Below, in pieces: positions 9,956 through 19,149 of a stretch of 64,000 bases of DNA. The DNA is from an uncultured Alphaproteobacteria bacterium. GTDB taxonomy: Bacteria > Pseudomonadota > Alphaproteobacteria > Rhizobiales > Beijerinckiaceae. The stretch's first letter is position 1, and each line of letters begins with the position of its first letter. A model generated the notes under the pieces. The model was not told the origin of the DNA. It was given only the letters and a program-made list of their open reading frames with translations, and ran no database searches. The stretch is from the NCBI GenBank assembly GCA_963704745.1, contig OY969936.1, positions 2,047,527 through 2,111,526 on the forward strand, given 5' to 3'. The position numbers and the translations under genes were made by a program.

Positions 9956-10033
9956 TCAGATTTCGGCCGAAGCGTAGCTCGTGACTTCCATGCCGACGCA
10001 GATTTCGCAGATTGAGGGTGTCGTCCAAGCCAT
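9956..10033 (-). CDS. pqqA: PQQ precursor peptide PqqA (25 aa)
   Basis: Hand translation MAWTTPSICEICVGMEVTSYASAEI*; GAGGAG RBS upstream; W-x2-P and E-x3-Y (EVTSY) motifs of PqqA. Below the ORF-track size cutoff. Confidence 0.92.
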   Translation of the reverse strand: MAWTTPSICEICVGMEVTSYASAEI

Positions 10034-10089
10034 GATCGTCTCCTCGGGTTGGGCACCAGACGGAAGTGCTACTCCGGTCTGGCGAGAAT

Positions 10090-10128
10090 GGCATTCGGCT
10101 GCGGCGCGAAGCGCCGATACCGAATGCC
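10090..10128. promoter_or_regulatory. Stem-loop/inverted repeat between pqqA and the sensor kinase
   Basis: ggcattcgg-ctgc-ggcgc-gaa-gcgcc-gata-ccgaatgcc: 9-bp outer and 5-bp inner stems. Function unknown. Confidence 0.45.
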
Positions 10129-10304
10129 GCTGCCTCGCTTCTATTCGAGTGAGCCGATCTTAGCCGGAATGCCGGCGGAGTGGTCAGGCGGGTGAAAGAA
10201 TAGTGTAAGATATCTGTAAGAAGGCCGCCGCGATGGCCCGGCGCGTCCAAAGCTTTGCGCGCCGCGCGCGCTCCTGTATCCTTCCCCCAAAGGACGACAG
10301 GGAG

Positions 10305-11873
10305 ATGAGCAACAGCTTTGCCGTGCGGCGCGCATTCGCCCCTGGCGGCACGGACCGGCAAGAGGGCTGGCGGGCGGTCGCGTGGTTCGCCGTGCTGCTC
10401 GCTCTGCCTTTGGCCGTGTTCGGCGTCTTCGCAGCGCTGCTGATCGATGCCGATTATGCCGTGACGCGCACCCATGAACTTGCCACGGCGACCGATCAGA
10501 TCGCCAGGCTCGACACTTTCATGCGTCAGGCGACCGAGCACCGGGCCGATGCGACGATCGCCGATGTGCGGACGGCGCTGCGCGACAACAAAGACCCTGT
10601 CGGAGCCTTGCGGCTCGCGACCTATGTGGACGAAGCGCGCTTTCTGCTCGTTCACCGCAACGATCAGCAGATCTTTCCGCCCCTCGCCGGCGCCACTTTT
10701 TCCGAACAGGAGATGCTGCGGAGATTTTCCACCGCCCTCGCCGCGGCGCGGTCCGAATTGACACCGCGAACGCGAGACAAAGCCGGGACGACGGGATTCT
10801 GGACAGCCGACAGCCTCGGGCTGTCCTTCGTCCGCTGCCTGCGCGAGCCAAACACGCTCGATATTTGCGTCGTCTTCGACGAAAGCGCCCTCGACCCCGT
10901 TCTCGAGGTCGCCCTCAATGCCGCGGCGACGAAGCTTGCCGGATGGTCCTTGACCTTGCGCGACCCGGTCGGCCGCGCCATTTGGACCCATGGCAAGTCG
11001 ACAACGAGCACAGCGGCCATTTCGGCGCTCACCGGCTCGATGGGAGGCTGGCATATGGAGGCTTCGCCACCGGCCGGCACGCATTGGGGCTTCTTGCCGC
11101 TGACGGCGATCATCGTGCCTTTGATCGGCTGCTGGCTCTTCGTCGTCTGGTACATGTATCGCAGCCAAAGGGCGCGCCTGCTCGAAAGCAATTTCCGCAG
11201 CGAGATGACGGCCAAGCTGTCGCATGATCTGCGCACGCCGATCGCGAATTTGCGCCTCTACGCGGAATTGGCCTCGCGCCGCGCCGACGACGGCCCTGCG
11301 GTGCGCCGCTATTGCGAGGTGCTGCGGGCCGAGGTCGAACGGCTCGCTTTGCTTGCCGATAATACGGTCGTCTACGGCCGCGGCTCGATGCCGCAACCGC
11401 TGCGGCTCGACGAGGCGATCCCGGACAGCGTGCTCGATGCGACGATCGAAAGATATGAAAGCCTGTTTGCCGCCACGGGATCGACGATCGAGGTGACGCA
11501 TCATGCGCCGAACCGCTGCCGTTTCGACCGGATGGGCTTCGAACGCATATTGATCAATCTCCTCGACAATGCCTGCAAATATGCGCCCGGCCGCATCAAA
11601 GTCGCGACAAAGCAGGACGGCAACAGCCTCATCCTCAGCATTCGCGATTTCGGCAATGGCTTCGACGAGGTCTTCAGAGAGAAGCTCGCCGCCCCTCACA
11701 AAGGCGCCGGCACGCAGGACGGCTATGGTCTCGGCCTTTCCGTCGTGCGCGACCTCGCCGAAGTCAATGGCGGCAAGATTGCCGTCGAAAATCTCGACCA
11801 GGGCGCCCGCGTCACCGTCTCGATGAAGACCATGGCGGCGACCCGTCCAGCGGAGGCCAAATGTCCATCCTGA
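10305..11873 (+). CDS. Membrane sensor histidine kinase
   Basis: Two TM segments around a periplasmic domain; H-box SHDLRTP, N-box NLLDNACKY, DFGNGF, GYGLGL; start at ATG 10305 after GGGAG. Confidence 0.93.
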   Translation: MSNSFAVRRAFAPGGTDRQEGWRAVAWFAVLLALPLAVFGVFAALLIDADYAVTRTHELATATDQIARLDTFMRQATEHRADATIADVRTALRDNKDPVGALRLATYVDEARFLLVHRNDQQIFPPLAGATFSEQEMLRRFSTALAAARSELTPRTRDKAGTTGFWTADSLGLSFVRCLREPNTLDICVVFDESALDPVLEVALNAAATKLAGWSLTLRDPVGRAIWTHGKSTTSTAAISALTGSMGGWHMEASPPAGTHWGFLPLTAIIVPLIGCWLFVVWYMYRSQRARLLESNFRSEMTAKLSHDLRTPIANLRLYAELASRRADDGPAVRRYCEVLRAEVERLALLADNTVVYGRGSMPQPLRLDEAIPDSVLDATIERYESLFAATGSTIEVTHHAPNRCRFDRMGFERILINLLDNACKYAPGRIKVATKQDGNSLILSIRDFGNGFDEVFREKLAAPHKGAGTQDGYGLGLSVVRDLAEVNGGKIAVENLDQGARVTVSMKTMAATRPAEAKCPS

Positions 11874-12589
11874 TCGCCGAGGACGATCCGCATCTGCGCA
11901 ACGGCATCGTCGACCTGCTCACTTTGGAAGGATTCCCCTGCCAGGTCGCCGAAGACGGAGCCAAGGCGCTCGCTCTGTTCCGGCAGTCGAAGCCCGATCT
12001 CTGCGTCTTCGACGTGATGATGCCGGCCATGGACGGGCTCGCGCTGTGCCGCGAAGTGCGCCGGATCGATCCGCTCGTGCCGATCCTGCTCCTGTCGGCG
12101 CGCGGCGAAGAGACGGACAGGGTCCGCGGGCTCGATGTCGGCGCCGACGACTATGTGGCCAAACCCTTCGGCGCGCGCGAACTCATCGCGCGCGTCAAGG
12201 CCGCCTTGCGGCGGGCCAAGGCCCAAGAGGCACAGACGCAAGAGGCGAATGCGCTGGCAACGCCGGTGAAATCGGAGCCCTGCGCGAGGATCGGGATCGG
12301 CGATCTCGACATCGATCCCAAAGCCATGCGGGCCTTTCGCGGCGACACGAAGATCGATCTGACCGCGCGCGAAGTCGCGATCCTGATGACGCTCTACGAA
12401 AGGCGCGGCCAGGCCGTGTCGCGCGACGAATTGTTCGATCTTTGCTGGGGCCGCGGCTTCATGCCCAACAGCCGGGCGCTCGATCAATATGTCTCGGCGC
12501 TGCGCAAGAAGATCGAGATCGATCCCGCCAATCCGCGCATCATCCGCACGGTGCACGGCGTCGGCTATCGGCATGAGGCGGATGAATAG
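11861..12589 (+). CDS. OmpR-family response regulator
   Basis: ILIAEDD, FDVMMP, GADDYVAKPF, winged-helix IRTVHGVGY; overlaps the kinase end. Confidence 0.95.
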   Translation: MSILIAEDDPHLRNGIVDLLTLEGFPCQVAEDGAKALALFRQSKPDLCVFDVMMPAMDGLALCREVRRIDPLVPILLLSARGEETDRVRGLDVGADDYVAKPFGARELIARVKAALRRAKAQEAQTQEANALATPVKSEPCARIGIGDLDIDPKAMRAFRGDTKIDLTAREVAILMTLYERRGQAVSRDELFDLCWGRGFMPNSRALDQYVSALRKKIEIDPANPRIIRTVHGVGYRHEADE

Positions 12590-12721
12590 CGGTTATGCCG
12601 TTCGGCCTGCCTTGCCCCAACCATTGTCTGGCGCTGCAACATCCGGTATAGTTATATCTTATGTTATATAGCTCGTTGCTGGCCATCCGGCCGGACGCGC
12701 CAGCCTTTCGGAAGCCAGACG

Positions 12722-13126
12722 ATGAAACCTGCTTTGGAGCCTGTCGATCGCGAACAGGCGATCATGAGCTGCGTGCGCAGCTTTTACGGGAAGGCACGGC
12801 AGGACCCTCTTCTCGGGCCGATCTTCGCGGCCAGCGTCCATGATTGGGAGACGCATTATCGGACGGTTGCGGATTTCTGGTCGCGCGCCCTGCTCGGCAC
12901 CGATCGCTACAAAGGCCATCCTTTCCCCTTCCATACAAAGCTGCCGATCGAGCCGCAGCATTTCGAGCGCTGGCTCGCTTTGTTCGGCGAGGCGACCGAG
13001 AGCCGCCTGCCGCCCGATCTCGCAGCGGCGGCCATGGCCAAAGCCCGCCATATGGCCGAGAGCTTCAAGGCCGGCATTTTTCCCTTCACCGATGCGCAGG
13101 GCCGGCCCTCACGGCTGCCGGTCTGA
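12722..13126 (+). CDS. Group III truncated haemoglobin
   Basis: VRSFYGKARQDPLLGPIF...DFWSRALLGT.RYKG.PF..H..LPIEPQHFERWLALF. Confidence 0.9.
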   Translation: MKPALEPVDREQAIMSCVRSFYGKARQDPLLGPIFAASVHDWETHYRTVADFWSRALLGTDRYKGHPFPFHTKLPIEPQHFERWLALFGEATESRLPPDLAAAAMAKARHMAESFKAGIFPFTDAQGRPSRLPV

Positions 13127-13157
13127 AATCCGCCCTGCCAAAGCGCCGGCAGGGATC

Positions 13158-13457
13158 TCACCGGCACGCATGAGAGCGGGACAGGCCAGCATCCGAAAAA
13201 AGCGGATTGCAACGCATTTGGTTGATGATGAACCAGCTGCCGAAGAGGAGCATCAGGACCACCAGAAGACCGAGGCAGAGGGCAAGGGGGCTATTGGGCT
13301 CCTCTTCGATGTGACGTTCTTGTTCGGCGCGCGTCTCACGTGCCTCATCGCGGTCTGCTGCATCAGCGGCGCGCATTTCGGCCCGCCGCTCGACCCAGCG
13401 CTGCGTCGCCGGGGAAGCGCCGCTCTTCACGTCTCGTTCTTGCGGATCATCGGTCAT
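13158..13457 (-). CDS. Small hypothetical membrane protein
   Basis: Charged N-terminus, one TM helix (LALCLGLLVVLMLLFGSWFII), C-terminal CNPLFSDAGLSRSHAC. Confidence 0.6.
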   Translation of the reverse strand: MTDDPQERDVKSGASPATQRWVERRAEMRAADAADRDEARETRAEQERHIEEEPNSPLALCLGLLVVLMLLFGSWFIINQMRCNPLFSDAGLSRSHACR

Positions 13458-13594
13458 GTCGGTTCCCACTTTTCCTCGTCCCGCTCTGGCGGCGATGTCG
13501 CCATTCCGCTACACTGCAGACTGTCTCGCCAATCGTTTCTCGCCGGCGCTGCGCGCTGTGCGGAAGTGAAGGTGCTTGCCCTGAAGGAACCGCC

Positions 13595-13894
13595 ATGCAC
13601 CTCTCGAACGAAAGTCTGATCGTTATCCTATTGGTGGGTCTGATCGCCGGGTGGTTGGCCGGTCAAATCATGCAAGGCACCGGATTTGGGCTCATCGGTG
13701 ACTTAGTGGTCGGGATCATCGGCGCCTTCATCGGCGACTGGCTGTTGCCGCAATTACATATTCATTTGGGTGTCGGAATCGTCGGTCTGATCGTGAACGC
13801 CACAATCGGCGCGATTGTGCTGCTCTTCGTCATCGGCCTCGTCCAAACTAGAGGCAGGTGGGGTCGGGGCTGGGGCCGCCGTCGGCGCTGGTGA
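13595..13894 (+). CDS. GlsB/YeaQ/YmgE family stress-response membrane protein
   Basis: ILLVGLIAGWLAGQIMQGTGFGLIGDLVVGIIGAFIG...ATIGAIVLL; ATG 13595 after AAGGA. Confidence 0.9.
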   Translation: MHLSNESLIVILLVGLIAGWLAGQIMQGTGFGLIGDLVVGIIGAFIGDWLLPQLHIHLGVGIVGLIVNATIGAIVLLFVIGLVQTRGRWGRGWGRRRRW

Positions 13895-13989
13895 CATCCG
13901 CTCGCGCGCATTGGATTTGTTTCGGTGCAAGGCTCGCGAACAAATCTGCTGCAAGCGCAGCTCTATTTCTAAAGCAAATGAAATCAAAG

Positions 13990-14074
13990 TGGTGGGAGAG
14001 GTAGGACTCGAACCTACGAAGGCATAGCCAGCGGATTTACAGTCCGCCCCCTTTGCCGCTCGGGACACTCTCCC
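13990..14074 (-). tRNA. tRNA-Tyr(GTA)
   Basis: GGGAGAGTGTCCCGAGCGGCAAAGGGGGCGGACTGTAAATCCGC...GGTTCGAGTCC...CTCTCCCACCA; long variable arm, GTA anticodon, encoded CCA. Confidence 0.98.
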
Positions 14075-14268
14075 ACGCAGTCCGCGCCTGCCTAGGCTTG
14101 CCGCGCGGATCGCAGGCTTATGGGAAAGCCACCCCGCCTCTGTCAACCCCTGTCACCGGCAAAGCGTGACGGCGGGCACCTTGCCGATGGTCCGCCATGT
14201 GGCTGTCTGATAAGGACTTGGCCGAAAGCGCCGCCCGGCGCGCGCTTGCCGCTGCCGCTGAGCCTCGC

Positions 14269-14383
14269 TAGAGCATCCCGCCTTCAAGTGGAATCACTTG
14301 AGGGCGGATAAGATGCTCTAGATTCAAAAAATAGAGCATCGTTTAAGCGCAAAACCGCATACACTTTTGCGCACGATGCTCTA
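14269..14383. repeat. MITE-like repeat copy 3 (unit B + unit A)
   Basis: TAGAGCAT...ATGCTCTA units at 14269-14320 and 14332-14383; almost identical to 52452-52566. Confidence 0.92.
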
Positions 14384-14393
14384 GATTTGCGCA

Positions 14394-15284
14394 ATGAAGA
14401 TCGACTATTCCGACCTCGCCACCGACGGGCTCATCATCTATCCGCGCCGCAATGGCGCAGCCGTGGCCCATTCCTTTGCCGGCTCGACGCCGCAGAGCTT
14501 TTTCGATTCCGACCGGGGTGAGCCGGCCTGGATCAGCGATGTTCCGAATTTCGCCGATTTTGCCGCGGGGGTGGATCACGACGTCGGCGCCTTCGAGATC
14601 AAGGCGCAGCGCACGCGCCGCATCTGCCTGCCGAGCAATCTCGCCCATCTCCTGCCGACGACCGCTCTGATCATCGACGATCTCTATGATCATGCCGGCG
14701 AAGCCGTCGCCGACCAATGCGAGATCAGCCTGCAATTCTTCCGCCGCGGCTATGCCAAGGGCGAGCAGCTCCTCTTCGACCGGATCCATCGGCATGCCTC
14801 GGAAGGCAAAATGGTGATCTATGTGGTGACCGCCTTCGATGCCGCCGGGACCGGCGAGGCGCAGCAGCTCGGCACGGAATTCTATGCGCCCTGGGTGATG
14901 GGCCAACGCATCGAGCGGGCGCGCACTGCCGCCGGGCCGGCGGAATTCGCGCGGCGCTATCGCGACCAGGGCGTCGTCGCGGCGCCCGGCGGCGCCATCA
15001 TAAGGTTCAGCGAGACGACCCTGCATGCGGCGCCGGACGTCGTCGAAAATCCGGCCGCCAAAAACATTGCGGCCAGGCCGTTCGGCGGCAGAGGCCTGCG
15101 GCGCAGCCTGTTGAACATCATCGCCAGCCACAGGCAGAAGGACGGCACCGTCTATGGGCGGACGCGGCCGCCCCATGACCATCGGCCCTCCCCCGTTCGA
15201 GACATGGCCGATCGCCATGATGCCTATTGCGTAGCGGCCGCGCGTGTCCTCGGTTGCTTGCACCGGACGGAACGAAGCGCGTGA
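14394..15284 (+). CDS. Hypothetical protein, 296 aa
   Basis: Host-like G/C-ending codons in this frame; no family recognised; the C-terminal ~40 codons may be frameshifted at GGG 15156-15158. Confidence 0.65.
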   Translation: MKIDYSDLATDGLIIYPRRNGAAVAHSFAGSTPQSFFDSDRGEPAWISDVPNFADFAAGVDHDVGAFEIKAQRTRRICLPSNLAHLLPTTALIIDDLYDHAGEAVADQCEISLQFFRRGYAKGEQLLFDRIHRHASEGKMVIYVVTAFDAAGTGEAQQLGTEFYAPWVMGQRIERARTAAGPAEFARRYRDQGVVAAPGGAIIRFSETTLHAAPDVVENPAAKNIAARPFGGRGLRRSLLNIIASHRQKDGTVYGRTRPPHDHRPSPVRDMADRHDAYCVAAARVLGCLHRTERSA

Positions 15285-16198
15285 CGCCGCGCAAGCGCCA
15301 AGGCCCCAATCATCGGCGCAGCGATCGGTCTGGCGATCGCGCCGAGCGTGGCGCAGATGCACATCCACCGACCGCGCCGCGCCCGCTGCGTAAAAAGCCG
15401 AGCCCGGCGGCTTCGGCCGGCAAAGCTGCGCCACATGCATGGCGGCCGGGCGGGCCCGCGCCCGGCTTCCGCCGCCCGAGCTCCGATGTCGTCATTCTCT
15501 ACGGGTTTCATCCTGTGTCCGAAGTGTTGCGCAGCAAGAAACGGATATTGTTAGATCTTTTTGCGACAAAACAGGCGGCGGAACGGTTGAAGGACGAGAT
15601 CGCCGCTGCCGGCCTGCCGCTGCATCTCGTCCAGGCCGAAGAGCTGACGCGGCGGCTCGGCCCTGAGGCGGTGCATCAAGGTCTCCTGCTCGAGGCGCGC
15701 CCCTTGCCGGCGCTGCGCCTCGACGAGATCGTCGCGCGGAGCGGCATTGTGCTGGTGCTGGATCAGATCACCGATCCGCATAATGTCGGAGCGATCCTGC
15801 GCTCGGCCGCCGCCTATGGCGTCGATGCCGTGGTGACGACCGAGCGCCATGCGCCAGAGCTCTCGGGCGTGCTCGCCAAAGCCGCCTCCGGCGCGCTCGA
15901 ACATGTGCCGGTGATCGAGGTGGTCAATCTCGCCCGCGCCTTGGAGGAATTGGGAGACCTCGGCTATCTGCGCATCGGCCTCGATTCGGAAGCGGCGCAG
16001 GCCTTGCCAACATTTGCATCGCGCCGCCCGCTCGCGCTCGTCCTCGGGGCCGAAGGCAAGGGGCTGCGCCGGCTGAGCCGGGAAAACTGCGATCACCTTG
16101 CCCGCCTCGACCTGCCGGGTGCGATCAAGAGCCTCAATGTGTCCAATGCCTGCGCCATCGCCTTGACGCTCGTCTCTCTGAAGAGCGCTTCGACTTAG
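15281..16198 (+). CDS. rlmB: TrmH/SpoU family RNA methyltransferase (23S rRNA Gm2251 RlmB-like)
   Basis: ILYGFHPVSEVL, HQGLLLEA, LDQITDPHNVGAILRSA, LGAEGKGLR, SLNVSNA; start estimated at GTG 15281. Confidence 0.93.
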   Translation: MTPRKRQGPNHRRSDRSGDRAERGADAHPPTAPRPLRKKPSPAASAGKAAPHAWRPGGPAPGFRRPSSDVVILYGFHPVSEVLRSKKRILLDLFATKQAAERLKDEIAAAGLPLHLVQAEELTRRLGPEAVHQGLLLEARPLPALRLDEIVARSGIVLVLDQITDPHNVGAILRSAAAYGVDAVVTTERHAPELSGVLAKAASGALEHVPVIEVVNLARALEELGDLGYLRIGLDSEAAQALPTFASRRPLALVLGAEGKGLRRLSRENCDHLARLDLPGAIKSLNVSNACAIALTLVSLKSAST

Positions 16199-16712
16199 CG
16201 AGGGAGGGCGGCGGCGCGGAAATAGTCTGCGGCGGCGGACAAAAGGCCGGCGCGCCATAGGTGACGCGCGGCGTTTTTCCTGCCGTTTTTTGAGGCTCGA
16301 GCTCGATCACGAGCGGCGTGACACATTGCGGCGGAGGAGCAGGTGGCATCGGATAGAAACCCGGCGGCAGCACCTCGCTGCCCCCCTCTACGCCCTCCGG
16401 CGGCTCGGTCTCGAACGGGCCTGAAAGGAGAGGCAGATAGCCATAGCCCCATCCGAAGGACTGAGATGGTCTGAAGCGCCGGAATGCCCGCCGCCGCGGA
16501 TGCCGCGCCGCTCGGCGCAAAGCCCGCGAGGCTTCAAAGCGGCCATGTCGCGCCGACGCAACGACTGGGCCCCGCCCCTGCTCCATCGCGATCATTGGCC
16601 CGAAAGGCCCGGCCGCAGCGCCATTGTCAGCCGCCATGCTGAACGCGCCGATCACCATGAGGCAGCAAATAGTGGCACCGAAACGTAAGAGGCTCTTGGC
16701 CGAAGGTTGCAT
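16134..16712 (-). CDS. Hypothetical exported proline-rich protein
   Basis: Signal-like N-terminus, Arg-rich then Pro-rich segments, Cys pair (CVTP...FCPP); overlaps the rlmB 3' end by 65 nt, so its end is uncertain. Confidence 0.55.
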   Translation of the reverse strand: MQPSAKSLLRFGATICCLMVIGAFSMAADNGAAAGPFGPMIAMEQGRGPVVASARHGRFEASRALRRAARHPRRRAFRRFRPSQSFGWGYGYLPLLSGPFETEPPEGVEGGSEVLPPGFYPMPPAPPPQCVTPLVIELEPQKTAGKTPRVTYGAPAFCPPPQTISAPPPSLAKSKRSSERRASRRWRRHWTH

Positions 16713-16926
16713 GTGGGCTCCATAGACGCCGCCCCGTCGCTAGGCGTAATATTAAGCCGCTGTTGATCATTCCGATAGATCCGCGAACGCCAGAAGCGAT
16801 CCCAAGCCGTGGAACGCCGGCCAAAGTCAACGGGAGCGCTGGCGCGCATTTGCTGTGGTCGGCAGCGAAACAATAAGGCAGCATGGCCGAAAAGGCCTGC
16901 GGGGCAAGGAAACCAAGGACAAGGCC

Positions 16927-18570
16927 ATGAGCAACATAATGGCAGGCAAGAGGGCCCTTCCGGGCGGGGGTGCGCAGCAAATGACGGCGGAAGAGAGGCT
17001 GGTCATTTTCGCCTCTTCACTCGGCACCGTCTTCGAATGGTATGATTTCTATATCTACGGCACGCTCGGCGTGTTTCTCGCCAAATACTTCTTCTCCAAC
17101 GTGCCGCCGAATGTCGGCTTCATCTTCGCCTTGCTGGCCTTTGCCGCCGGCTTCGCGGTGCGCCCGTTCGGTGCACTGATCTTCGGCCGGTTCGGCGATC
17201 TCATCGGCCGCAAATATACCTTCCTGATCACCATGAGCCTGATGGGTGTCGGCACGTTCTTCATCGGCGTGATACCGGGCTTCGCCACTTGGGGCATCGT
17301 GGCGCCGATGGTGCTGATTGGGCTGCGCCTCGTTCAGGGCTTGGCACTCGGCGGCGAATATGGCGGGGCGGCGATTTATGTCGCCGAGCACGCGCCGCCC
17401 ACCAGACGCGGATTCTACACGTCTTGGATTCAGACTACCGCGACGCTCGGCCTTTTCCTCGCTCTTCTCTTGATCCTCGGCATCCGCACCTTGATGGGCG
17501 AACCCGCCTTCGGTGAATGGGGCTGGCGCATCCCGTTCCTGCTATCGGCGGTGCTGCTCGCGGTCTCGCTGTGGATCCGGCTCAAACTGAGTGAGTCGCC
17601 GCTGTTCACGCGCATGGTGGACGAGGGCAAGCAGTCGACGCGGCCGCTGACGGAAGCCTTCGGACAATGGAACAACGCGAAGATCGCGATCGCCGCTTTG
17701 TTCGGCGCCACCGCCGGCGAGGCCGTGGTGTGGTATGGCGGCCAGTTCTACGCGCTGTTCTTCCTGACGCAGACGCTCAAGGTTCCGGGCCTCACCGCGA
17801 CGATCATGATCGTGATCGCGCTCGCCATCGGCACGCCCTGCTTCATCCTGTTCGGATGGCTGTCCGACAAGATCGGGAGGAAGCCGATCATGCTCGCGGG
17901 CTTTGTGCTTGCGGCGGTGACCTACTTCCCGATCTTCCAGGGCATCACCCACTTCGCCAACCCGAAGCTGGAGGCGGCGCTTGCATCGGCGCCGGTGACA
18001 GTGACGGCCGATCCGGCCAAATGTTCGTTCCAGTTCAAGGCGACGGGAACGGAGAAGTTCACCACCGGTTGCGACATCATCAAGCAGACGCTGGTCGGCC
18101 TCTCGGTCAACTACAACAACGTCGCCGCGCCGGCAGGAACGACGGCGAGCGTGAAGATTGGCAATCAGACGATCACGGCGGACACGCCGAATGTCAAAGA
18201 CGTGATCACTAAGGCGATCAAGGAACACGGCTATCCTGCGAAGGCCGATCCGGCCGAGATCAACCATGTCATGACGGTGATCCTGCTTGCGATCCTCGTC
18301 GTCTATGTGACGATGGTGTACGGGCCGATCGCCGCATGGCTCGTGGAGCTGTTCCCGACCCGCATCCGCTATAGCGGGCTGTCATTGCCGTATCATATTG
18401 GCAACGGCTGGTTCGGCGGCTTCCTGCCGGCGACTGTCTTCGCCATCGTCGCCGCGACCGGCAACATCTATTCGGGCCTCTGGTATCCGATTGTTGTCGC
18501 CGCAATGAGCTTCGTCGTCGGGCTGCTCTTCCTGCCCGAGACCAAGGATCGCGACATCACGCACATCTAA
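16927..18570 (+). CDS. MFS transporter, metabolite:H+ symporter (MHS) family
   Basis: ASSLGTVFEWYDFY, RPFGALIFGRFGDLIGRK, QGLALGGEYGGA, SDKIGRK, ELFPTRIRY, LPETKDRDI. Confidence 0.95.
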   Translation: MSNIMAGKRALPGGGAQQMTAEERLVIFASSLGTVFEWYDFYIYGTLGVFLAKYFFSNVPPNVGFIFALLAFAAGFAVRPFGALIFGRFGDLIGRKYTFLITMSLMGVGTFFIGVIPGFATWGIVAPMVLIGLRLVQGLALGGEYGGAAIYVAEHAPPTRRGFYTSWIQTTATLGLFLALLLILGIRTLMGEPAFGEWGWRIPFLLSAVLLAVSLWIRLKLSESPLFTRMVDEGKQSTRPLTEAFGQWNNAKIAIAALFGATAGEAVVWYGGQFYALFFLTQTLKVPGLTATIMIVIALAIGTPCFILFGWLSDKIGRKPIMLAGFVLAAVTYFPIFQGITHFANPKLEAALASAPVTVTADPAKCSFQFKATGTEKFTTGCDIIKQTLVGLSVNYNNVAAPAGTTASVKIGNQTITADTPNVKDVITKAIKEHGYPAKADPAEINHVMTVILLAILVVYVTMVYGPIAAWLVELFPTRIRYSGLSLPYHIGNGWFGGFLPATVFAIVAATGNIYSGLWYPIVVAAMSFVVGLLFLPETKDRDITHI

Positions 18571-18591
18571 ATCGATCGATTGGTTCGATCC

Positions 18592-18624
18592 GCGGGACGG
18601 CGCAGGCCCGTCCCGCTGCTTTCT
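18592..18624 (+). terminator. Probable terminator after the MFS gene
   Basis: gcgggacgg-cgcaggc-ccgtcccgc 9-bp stem followed by tgctttct. Confidence 0.55.
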
Positions 18625-18655
18625 AAGAACAGGAATAAATATAAACCTATAACAT

Positions 18656-18937
18656 ATCTATTTCGACCTCTGGTATCCGATCATCTTGGCGCTCGCGACC
18701 TTCATGATCGGCCTAGAGCATCCCGCTTTCAAATAGAATCATTTGAAAGCGGATAAGATGCTCTAGATTTAAAGAAGTAGAGCATCGGATCATCAAATCA
18801 AATCGGGCCTGCCCGATTTGATCATTCAAAAGCTGATCTCGGCAACAGCCGAGATCAGTACCGCTCACACTTTTGGGTCCGATGCTCTGGTGTTCATTCC
18901 TGAGACCAAGGATCGCGATATTCATGCCAATGCCTGA
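18656..18937 (+). pseudogene. 3'-terminal remnant of a paralogous MFS gene, interrupted by repeat copy 4
   Basis: Removing the repeat gives IYFDLWYPIILALATFMIGL|VFIPETKDRDIHANA*, aligning to the upstream MFS end IYSGLWYPIVVAAMSFVVGLLFLPETKDRDITHI*. Confidence 0.85.
18714..18889. repeat. MITE-like repeat copy 4 with nested double hairpin
   Basis: Unit B 18714-18765; unit A 18778-18889 expanded by hairpins atcaaatcgggc/gcccgatttgat (18797-18822) and ctgatctcggc/gccgagatcag (18833-18858). Confidence 0.9.
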
Positions 18938-19013
18938 ACCCGTTCCGAGCCGATGAGCGAAACCGATCCCCGTGCAATTGCACGGGGATTGGTTGCAAAT
19001 CGAAGCGGTTCAC

Positions 19014-19044
19014 AAAAAAAGGCCTCGCCAAAAGCGAGGCCTTT
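19014..19044 (-). terminator. Rho-independent terminator
   Basis: aaggcctcgc-caaaa-gcgaggcctt stem with an A run on plus (T tract on minus), downstream of the 19150-19530 gene. Confidence 0.75.
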
Positions 19045-19149
19045 CCTTCAGCAGCTTGTCTTAAGCCGAGCGTCCGCCCGGCTCGCCCGTAGGTCGGACC
19101 TCAAGATCCGCTCCAGCGCAGCGGTACCGGCGAATCGCGTCGCGACGGC

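Noticed and set aside
14343-15440. 365-aa minus-strand ORF
   Set aside because: Codon pattern favours the plus frame 14394-15284; this ORF overlaps rlmB and ends in the repeat.
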